From Entomortierella parvispora E1425 (Eukaryota > Fungi > Mortierellomycota), in NCBI GenBank assembly GCA_020891255.1, contig BQFW01000001.1, positions 1,178,001 to 1,242,000 of the forward strand: a stretch of 64,000 nucleotides of DNA. Reading direction: 5' to 3'. The translations under genes and the position numbers were made by a program. The notes under the pieces were generated by a model. That model made no database searches and was not told the DNA's origin. It was given only the letters and a program-made list of their open reading frames with translations. Below, piece by piece: positions 23,710 to 33,911 of the stretch (position 1 is its first letter; every line of letters begins with the position of its first letter).

Positions 23710-26151
23710 TTAGGGTCGGGTGTTATAGTTGAGGGGGGGAGGGGGACTGGCCAGTCCTTGCTGAGCTTGCTGAACCTGTAATTGATGCAAAAGATGTTGT
23801 TCTTGCTGTTGTTGCTGTTGCTGCAAAAGCTGTTGCTCTTGCAAGTGCATCAGTTGCATCGACTGTCGGTGCTGGTCGCCCTGATGCTGTTGTGGAAGAG
23901 AGGTCACTGGAGAGAGGGGTGTCGACCATCGCTGGCCTTGGTACTGAGCTTGAGCCTGGCCTTGGTGAGCTGGAGCCTGGCCCTGGTGCTGGGATGAAGA
24001 CTTGAAAGGGGAAGGGTTGATGGCAACAGCCAATGGTGCCCCTGTGCCAAAACTGTTCCGGGTCACACCAGAAGAGTTTAGCGACTGTCGGAAGAGGGCC
24101 GACTCTCGTGCGTTCTGACTCTCTGCCTGAATAAAACTCTGACGCTCTCGGAAACCTGCCTCTAAGATCTGCAATTGAAGCTCGCGCTCTCGAGGGGAAA
24201 TGGCACTTGCCTCCAGAGCAGCCGCAGCGCCAGCCTTGAACGCGTCGGCCGGATCGATGGATGAGGCTGTCTTCTTCACCGACATCCGATCGTATGGGCT
24301 ACCGCCCTGGGATATGTACCCCTGGGATGTGGTTGAGCCTCGCCACTTCTGTCTCTCTTGTTCAAGGAACTCGGCCCTCATGGGAATGGTCTCGGAGTTG
24401 AAACTAGCGTATCTGGCTCTTTTTTCGTAGGAAGAGAGAGCCTCATCCCCATCGTGATCCCCGGTACTGGACCATTCTCTTGATTGAAACAGAGGCCTGC
24501 GTCTGCGTGTTCGCTTTCGTCGGTAGAAAAAGAATCCGGCACCTGCGGCTGACAATAACAAGACAGCTCCTGCGGCGCCGCCGCCGATGATTGTAGTTTG
24601 GTTGTTTGGGCTGTCTTTGTTGTCGCTGTTCATGTCCAGATTTCCGCTCATCGTGGGGGTGGATGTAGCAGTTTCAGTACTGCCCGCACTGGTGACTGCG
24701 CTGGTGGTTTTGGTGGACGTGTCAGGCCAGGTCGGCTTGTACTGATCCACGAATGTGTTTGTCTTGAGGTCGAAAAGTAGGATGGGAAGCGACTCCGTAG
24801 CAACACCATTGAAGCCTCCCCAATTGATCAACGTATCGTTAACTATAGTACAGGCACTTCCGAATCGAGGCTCAGGGGCAGGAGGGCCTCGCCTCCAGGA
24901 CATTGAGGTAACATCCAAGATCCATAGCTCATTTGTAAAAACTGGGCGTGATGCGTTGATATGGAGCAGTCGCCCGCCAAATAAGACGATCTTTGTTCCA
25001 TCTTCGTCTGACGTCATGAAGCAAAAAGAATATCCGTAGGAGTAGAGTTAGTCAATTGGTAACAGAACGTCTTACAGTCTCGTCTTGACATAGCGATAGA
25101 CTCACTGGATGCCATGCATGAGGCGGTCCTGGCACTTGGTCCACTTCCTTGTATCAACTGGATATTTGTAATAAAAGAAATAAAAGTAAGCACCAGTGAT
25201 CTTTCCATCAAAAAAAAAAAGGAAAAAAAAAAAAGAGAGAGAAAAAAATAAGGTCGAACGAGCAAAGACTCTGCTTACCAGACTTGCCCAGGTATCACTC
25301 GCGGGAATGTATTCTGTCAGCACCAATGGACGTGGTGTCGTAAGCAGAGTAGTATCCAAATACAGAAAACTCTTCCTGTGTGCCGTGTAGACAACTGAAC
25401 ACTCCGGATTTATCATTGTCGATGAAAGTCCCTGTGGTGTTGACGATGGGATCATCAAAACAGCTGCGATGTTATTCTTTGCGATATCAAAAGAATACAT
25501 GTCCTGTGTGAATCTCCCCCACGCGTCCCAACCGAACTGAGCTACGTACGCTAGCCCTGTCGCTGGATCTTGGACCGCTGTGAAAGCACCAATTGGTACG
25601 GTGCTTGCCTTGGTTGGCGACAAAGTCCAAGTTTTATCAGCAAACGTGTATTGAAAGCTCGTTGAATTTAAGGGTCCTACTCTTCCTAACCCTCCAAATG
25701 CATTGATATGTTTTCCGTCCAACGAGACGACCAGCGAGCCGGGGATTTGCCTAAGCAGGACAAGCTCTTGGTTTTGGTATCTAGGTGGACCAATATTAGT
25801 CCAGACTGGTTGGCTGGCGTTCCAGGGAAGAGTGAGGTCCAAGGCGATAAACTGATTGATCGGTGTAGGCTCTAGGTAGCCATTTTTATCCATAGAGAAA
25901 GCAAATCCACCCAGGATGAAAAACTGTGTCTTTGAAGCTGTAGACAAGGGTACAGCTGTCACCACATACGGGGTTGTTGGAAGAGACTGTGCAGAAGCTG
26001 AGGCGCTGAATGACACTAGTATCAAGGTGCTGACAAGTAGCCACGAAAGATAGGCTGCGAGAGAATCGTTTCGACGGCCATTGTGAGCTGTTGTTCTTTC
26101 CGGGACTCGTGGGAACCGTGCCCCTGAAAAGGTGTTTCTGAAGGTGCCCAT
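23710..26151 (-). CDS. K9: Kelch single-pass membrane protein (intact, ~740 aa)
   Basis: Exons 26151-25279, 25157-25106 and 25007-23710; 2223 nt in frame. Same architecture as K7 and K8. Confidence 0.9.
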
Positions 26152-26825
26152 TTCTTGTACAGGAGTCGTTCCTCGAATTCAGGCCTTGTCAATACTCTCT
26201 GGTGCGAGGAGGAGCTGGTGCCGTCGGTTATAGGCAGAGGCACACTCGTAGGGAGGAAATAAAGTGGGCGAGAGGGCAAGGGAGGAAATGTCTCAAAGCA
26301 GCGATGGAATGGAGTGAAAAACGAAAGAGAGAGAGGTCGTCTGTCCAGCAGAGTGAAGAAAGTGTCTTGGTCCCGGTATTTCTCTCTCATTCCCTGACTG
26401 TGCTCATGTTCTGTTTGGTTTCTTTTGCCTTGAACACGAAGCCGCTGGGCACAGAGAGTTTGTGATGCTGTGCAACATGGGGTTTCTTTGTGTTTTTCTT
26501 TTTTTTCCTTTCAACTTTCTGAGCACTATCTTTGTTGCCTGCATGTCTCAATCACCAGAAACGCTGTCCTCCCCCTCCCCCTCAACCCAATGCCATCGAG
26601 GTTGTGAGCGAACACCAGAGTTGGAAAATACGTACGTATAGTACAGTACAAGCACTGTTCCAACGCCAACACCCGACTCTTTTTATTGTGGGTAAATGAG
26701 GGACTTTTTTTGGGAAAGATAAAGTTGTGTCTACGCACGCGTAGACAACGCGTTCGCCCTTTTCTGGTAGGCCATCTATTTTTTTTTTTTTTTTTTTTTT
26801 TTTGGCTGGTTGCCGGAAATGACCT

Positions 26826-29181
26826 TTATCCCCTGGGTCGAGTGCTGTAATTGAGAGGGGGTGGACTGACTGGTCCTTGTGGGGTTTGTTGTATGAGGGA
26901 TTGCTGTTGCTGTTGCTGTTGCTGCTGACTCCATGGTTGACGCGGCGGTTCTGGTTGTGGTTGTTGTTGTATTGTCATTGAAGAGACAGGCGAAGGCCAC
27001 TGCTGTTGCTCGTATCGAGGCGAGAACGATTGTTGCTGATATTGTTGCTGCTGATAGGGCAGCTGGTTCACCAAGGTCGATGGTGTGCCCACAAGACTGC
27101 TTGTGGTTGTCCGTACAGAGTCTGGAGAGTTCAAAACAGAGTCCCGTGGCTGCTGTTTAGGATCGTGAGCGGATGGAGAATTTGCCGCGGCCGCTAGTCC
27201 AGTACCGAACCCATTGGTGAAACCCGTAGCGATTCTGGCATTCTCCTTTTGCATCCATTCATCCTTGTCTCCTGTTGTGACTGGGTACGGTCGTGATGGA
27301 TTCGAGCCCCGCCACCATTGTTTTTCCTCTTCATGAAACTCTTCCTTCATCGGCACGACCTCTGGACCAGATTCGCCATGTCTATAAGATGGAACGAAGC
27401 CAAGCAATGCTGTCTCTAGTCGGGGCGCAGTGGACTGGCTATAGGATCCATCAACCTCTGCGTTTTTTCCTTGACCATCACTGCCACTGCCACGATCCGG
27501 ATCTTTTGCCTGGAAGACCGCCTTCCACCGAAGAGGCCGTTTCCTGCGGTAGAAAAAGAACCCGGCGCCAATGATGGCAGCTAGAATGACCACGCTGGCG
27601 ATGCTGCCACCAATGACAGCCCCCTTGTTCTTGCTACCCCCTGTCGATGAGGTATCGGTGCTGTTGTGTCCATCTCCTCCAGTCGGCTTGGGCAGTGGCA
27701 AGGTCTTTGGTGGTGGTGTAGGTTTGTACTCTGTGATAAACTTGTTGGTCTTGAGGCTGTAAAGGAGTAAATCGACTGGCTGAGGATACAAACCATTGTA
27801 GCCTCCCCAATTGATCAGTGTATCGTTCATGATGGTGCAGGCACTTCCAGCACGAGCCTGAGAGGCAGCGGGACCTTGGGTCCAAGTCATAGACGGCACA
27901 TCAAGGACCCAAAGATCGTTTGCAAACACCCCGGTGTCGAGAGCTCCTCCAAGAACAACAATTTTGGTTCCGCCGGCATCTATACGGAGTGGATGCCATA
28001 TCCATTTTAAGGTCGGTCCGTCAGTCCTTCATTCAGTCCATCGCCGTATTTTCTTTTCTATGAAAGGTCCTTTTGAACGGAGAGGAGAAGGAGAGCACGA
28101 AAGGGAGATACTTACTGGTCACCATGCACTGGAGTGCTCTATGACTGGGTCCTGTTCCCTGTGTGTTCTATGATAATACATTTCATTTCTTGCAAGATTA
28201 GATGAAAGATCTCTAAATACATTTTTTTTTTTTTTTTTTTAAAAAAAAAGTCTCTTCTTACCGCTATCGACCAGGTATTGGTCGCAGGCACATACTCGGT
28301 GATCAAGCCTGGCACTGGACTCGTATCGTTGACTATACTCTGGCCACCGTAGAACAACAGACTCTGCCTATAGGACGTATACACCACCGAGTAATAACCC
28401 GTTCGGTCAGGCCACAAGGCCACCGTGCTGCCGGGTATCAGGGCCGGAATCGTCAAGTTTTTGACAATCGAGTCCGAATCGAAATCATAGACCAGCAGAC
28501 TGTTGTAGGTCGAGTTGCCGTATCCACCCGGCAGATACACCAAACCCGTATCCGTATCCTGAGCCACCTGGCGATCATACACGTTCGGGGCGGTGGCCAT
28601 GATGCTCGAGGCCGTCCAGGTCCCGGTCGCAAACGTGTACCGATACGACAGCACTTTACTTAAAAAGTTGGAGCCAAACGTGTTGAGGTACTTTCCATCC
28701 TGGGAGAGGACGATCGAAGGCGCGGCCAGAGTCGGTCCTGCGATGGCCATGGTGGGATCCGCAGGTCCTACGCCAGCACTCCCGTTCGATTTTAAGGCCG
28801 CCCACACGGGCCGACTGGCATTCCATGGGACGGTGAGATCCAAGGCATCAACTGATTTGCAAACGGAGCGGTGCTGCTAATGCTAAAGTTGGAAGCGGTC
28901 ACCACGAATCCGTTCATGATGATGAGCTTGGTTTTGGTGCTGACAGATCCGGGTATAACCGTTGTTTGATAAGAACCCGTGGATGGAGGAGCTACCTGTG
29001 CATAACCGCCCGAGAACTGCAGCGACAACAGAAAAACAAAGAACCACACGAGCGAGGTAACAGAGATCAAGCGACGGTGGCGTTGTGGCGGTTGGACAAG
29101 AGTTGTGAGAGAGGTAGCCGTCATTTTCAAGGATGATGCTGTGAGTGGAGACCTTGAAAGGGATTGGCGAGGATCACTCAT
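26826..29181 (-). pseudogene. K10: divergent Kelch membrane-protein paralogue with a single 1-bp frameshift
   Basis: Exons 29181-28262 (920 nt), 28167-28116 and 27979-26826. 'cag ttg at- gcc ttg gat ctc' at ~28857 lacks one base of the conserved NQ(F/L)IALDLT motif. Otherwise open; ends PPPLNYSTRPRG. Could be a sequencing error. Confidence 0.7.
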
Positions 29182-29832
29182 CTCTTGCAAGGAGGAGGGG
29201 GAAGAAGGAGGAAGGGACAAGAAGAGTCGACGAGATGCACTGCCGACTGGAACAATAAAAGGACAGGAAACAAAAAAGGGTGTGTGCGTGCGTTTGTGCT
29301 CTTTTGCTGTACTTGTGCAGGGGAATATCGCCGTGAATGAATGGGGCGGAAAGCAGAGAGGCGGCTTTTTCTTGTTTTTCTTGTTTTTTTTTTCTTTCTG
29401 TGCGACATGGCGCCCAATTTTGAATTCGCGCTACTCTTTCCCCCATGACCACATACCCCAAAATGGTGGTTCGATATTGTTGTTTTCGCGCTCAGGTACA
29501 CTCCGAGGACCAGGACCGAGGTGGACCGGAAGAATTGGTGAACAGGTCATTTCAAGAAGAGGAAAAACTTTGTACTTTTGCTTTTTGTAGGAATATGTAT
29601 GTAGAAGCCACCGACTTTTGTGTGTATTTCATTCTGCTTTATTCATCGCGTCAAGGATGCTAATCTATCAGCGAGTTGGAGGACTCTGAATCGATCCTCG
29701 CCACTCGGCCGCATGCAAACAAATAATAAAAGACGTGATTTTTTCTTCTTTTTGTTTTGGACGCGTGCACTGATTGGCCCATATCCTTGCGGAACGAAAT
29801 GGACGCGCACATCAGGAGAAAGGCATCAAGAC

Positions 29833-32800
29833 TCAGTAGAAACTGTCATGGCTACCTCCTGCTGAACGGGGTCGGGTATTCTGGTTGAGCAGAGGCGGAC
29901 TGGACAGACCTCGCTGCTGCTCACGTAGTTCTTGCAACTCGAGCTGGCGCATCTGGAGCTGGATCTGTTGTTGCTGCAATTGCATATGCTTGATCAATTG
30001 CTGACGCTGATCCTCTTGCTGCTGTTGTTGTTGCAACGTTGAAATAGTGGACGGTGATAGCGGTGCTGTGAACAATGGCTGTGAATGATATCGTGGCGGT
30101 GCGGCCATTTGTTGCTGTTGAAGTTGTTGTTGCAATTGCTGCTGCTGCTGCTGTTGTTGTTGCTGGTATAATTGCAATTGCAACTGCTTTTGCAGCCTGA
30201 GCTTTTCCTCCTCCTGCTGCTGCTTCTTGAGCTTTTCCTCTTGTTGTTGTTGCTGCTGCAAGACTAACCGTTGTTGCTGGAGTTTCTCTTGATGCTGCTG
30301 TTGCAAGATCAACCGTTGCTGGTGTTGCTGTTGAAGCTTCTCTTGCTGCTGCTGTTGCTTGAGCTTCTCTAGTTGCCGTTTCTGCTGCTGGAGCAACTGC
30401 TGCTGCTGTTGTTGTTGGAGAAGCTGTTGTTGCTGCTGTAATTGCTGCTGCTGCTGCTGTTGTTGCAATTGCTGCTGATGTTGAATCTGCTGAGAAGTCA
30501 TTTGTTGGTAGACAGTCGGGGGCGTACTCGAATGGGACGAGACCATCCTGGATTTGGAAGATTCAGGAGAGCCTTTGGACGTGGCCGCCTGGGATTCTCG
30601 CAACATTATCACATCTCGATCGCGCTGTTGCAGCAAGATCATGTTTTGCTGTTCTCGGATTTGAGTCTCCAAGAGCTGCATCTGCAGTTCTCGCTCTCTT
30701 GGCGTCATGGTGCTGGTGGCAGCCGCGGCTGCTGCCCCGGCCTTGAAGGCCTTGGCAGGGTCAATGTAGAGCCGATCATTGTCCATCTGGTACCATTCTT
30801 CATGGTCCCCGCGCGTGGTCGCCGTCAGAATTGGCTGTGAGACCACTCTTCGGCTATCTTGGGAGTAAAACTTTGTGGACATGGCAATCTGAGGCTCTGG
30901 ACTGAGCTCCTCCTGTCGATAGGCTGGCAAGAACCCAAGGATCGCGGTGTCAAGCCGAGGGGGAGGGGAAGCTGAAAAATGGGACCCGGCTCCAGCAGAG
31001 CCAAGAGAACCAGCCAACAGGCCTTGAGGTGAGTCCTTTTCATACCCAATGAAGCCGTCGTCCTCTGACTGGTCATTTCGGTCATAAAGAGTACTGCCCG
31101 CCGTTGAAAGGACTCTTGATTTCCTGGGGAGAGCAGCGGCGGCGGTCTGTTTCCTCCGCCGACGTCGGCAAAGCAGAATCGAGCAAACAATCGCGACCAA
31201 AACAACAGCACCACCAGCACTCCCGCCAATAATGGCTCCAGCATTTAGCATGCCAGACTGACTAGAGGACGTGCTGGGAGAGTTGACGGGAGGTGGGGGT
31301 AGTTGAACATTGGATGGAGCGTAGTTGGTAACGAATGCATTGGTGAGAAAGTCAAAAATAACGATGGTGGTGTTTTGAGGGTCACTGCCACTAAAGCCGC
31401 CCCAGTTGATCAGGGTGTTGTTGACAAAGGTGCACACACTGCCGGCTCGTGGTTCAGGCGCAGTAGGACCCTGGGTCCAAGTCATGGTGGCCACATCCAA
31501 GACCCAAAGATCGGCCGCATATGCGTTACCGGCCAATATTCCTCCAAAGACGACTACTTTTGTTCCGTTATCATCTTCATACAAAAATAAAAAAGAAAGA
31601 GTTACTCAATCAGTCCAACCATGAAAAAAGAACTTTCGTGGGTACCAGTTCATCGCCATCCATCTCCAGAATGTATGCCCTTCGCCCCCAGTTCCTCAAA
31701 CTTTTTGATGTCCGCAAAGTCACACAGAGCTCTTTGTGGTTTTGTGTTTTGCCGTTGAGTTGCATTTTTCATGCACTGAAAGAGAATGACTCTGGACCAG
31801 GGGGAAGAAGGAACTTACTGGCTGCCATGCACATGCTGTTTCGAAGACTCGGTCCCCCACCCTGGACAACCTATGATAGCAAACCAAAAAAAAAAAAAAG
31901 TTAATCGTCAAAGTGTCGTTCCTCCCTTCCTCCCCCTTCTCCCAAAAATGCATGCAGGAAAAAACATGTCAAATTTCCTTACGGGTGTACCCCACGTATT
32001 GTTGCTCGGGACGTATTCCGTGAGGAGGTTTGGAGAGGCTGCAATGAGACTGATATTCGAAGGGACCCCGCCCCAGTAAAGAAAGCTGTTTCGAACCGCC
32101 GTGTAGATAACGCCATAGCCTAGTCGTTCTGTCAGATAAGGGTATGTTTGTCCTGGACCCAACGTGGTGGTGATGAGCAGATTCGAAACAATGTTGTCCG
32201 TGACGAAATCGTACACCATAAAAGTGTTGTCCTTGGTTTGAAACCCTCCCGCGAGATACACATATCCATTCGCCGGGTCCTCCACAGCCTGTACGCCAGT
32301 CTTGTTGACTAAGGGCGCCGTCACCTGGGAAGGTGCCCAGATGCCGGTTTCGAACGTGTACCGGTACGAGAGATGTGAGCTCAGATTGTTGGCCCCAAAA
32401 GTGTTGAGATATTGTCCATCTGGAGAGAGGGCCATGGTCGCCATCATGAGTTTTGGACCTCCTGCGCTCAAGGCCGCGTCTGGAGCAGATCCGTTGGCTG
32501 GACCCGTCCCGAGTCGAGTCCAGACAGGGGACGTGTTGACCCAAGGCACCGTGAGGTTCAAAGAGATCAGTTGACTAATGACAGGTCCATTCTTTGCGGT
32601 CGAGTTGTTGATGGCCATTCCGCCCATGATAACAAACTGGGTCTTTGTCCGGATGGCGGAAGCATATGTTGTTACCGAGTAGGGAATTTGTGCAGCCGAT
32701 ACTGTGAGACCTGTGAGTGCTATTGAGGAGAGGAGGGCCACCACGATCCAAGAGAGAAAAAACATGGGTGCTAGTTGCAGTCCATGGCTGCGTCGACTAT

Positions 32801-32870
32801 GAACTGCTGTCGAGATAATCGCTGCCCTTTTTGACCTCGACCCTTCCTGTGCTGGATGATATTCAGTCAT
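29833..32870 (-). CDS. K11: divergent Kelch single-pass membrane protein with long polyQ tail (intact, ~893 aa)
   Basis: Exons 32870-31983, 31870-31819 and 31574-29833; 2682 nt in frame. Signal FFLSWIVVALLSSIALTGLTVSAA-Q, TM AIIGGSAGGAVVLVAIVCSILLC-RRRRRK, conserved IDPAKAFKAGAAAAA..PRERELQMQLLE, ~170-aa Q-rich tract. Confidence 0.9.
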
Positions 32871-33911
32871 CTGTCGGTAATCCGTTGGATGCAGGAGGGG
32901 AGGGGGGGAAAACAAGAAAGTGTTGAGACGTAGGAGTGATGCACAAGGAGGGGAAAGAGGAAGGGGGAAAGGGGTGGAGGAAAGGGGAGAGGCGCAAGGA
33001 AGCACAAGATGCCCATCCACACACAAAGAAGAAAGAGAAAAAGAGAACAGGGACCAAGGAAAAAGGCGCAACAACGGCTCTGGGGGTGCGTGCGTTGTTT
33101 GCGCGGGGGGTTTTTTTTCTCTTTTCTCTTTGGGAGAGCGATGCGCTGATTGGATACCACATGCCGCCTCTGTCCTCAGGCACAGGCACCCCTGTGCAAC
33201 ATTGGGATTTCTGTGTTGTTGTGTTTTCTTTCTCTTTTCGCTTTCTTGCCGGCCAGCTGTCAAGCACGCCAACAAAAAGGTGCCGGAAAAAGAATACGTC
33301 CCTTCACCGAGTCCAGCCTGCGAATTCAACCTGGCAGTATCCAAGGGGGGAGCTGCCCCATCAAAAAGTCCTTCAGCTGCTCTCTAACAATAAGACCAGG
33401 TACTCGTCATCGGCACATTTTTCAGACAGCTCAATGTGGTTTTTTCAAAAGAGTAATTTTTTTTGAGGTCAGTGTGCGAGAGCACCCAAAGGGGAACGAA
33501 AAAAAGCGGTTGGGGGCAGAGCGTCAGCAGTTCCACTTCCACGCCGATACTGCGTCTCTCGTCATAGACCTCCGCTGAACCTCGTCCGCGTCTCTGTCGA
33601 GTCCCCCGAGCGTTTAGCCGCCTTCCCAGTGCCCGTTCCCCCAATGGGTATCAGCAAAGCCAACAGTGATAGAGTACAAATTAGCCGGTTTATTATGGTG
33701 AGTGCAAAAAAGTGCAATTAATACAATTACAGAGGAGAGGTTGAAAGTTGGCCTGCTCTTGATGAGGTGCAAGTGATGCATCCAAACAAGGAGTCAACGG
33801 GGCGATCTGTGCGATGTATGCGGGTACCCTCATCTGCAGGGGCTGAGGACACAAAGGCTGCACAGAAGCGCGTAATCAAATAAAAATACAGTATCGAGAT
33901 CGAGCGTCCTT

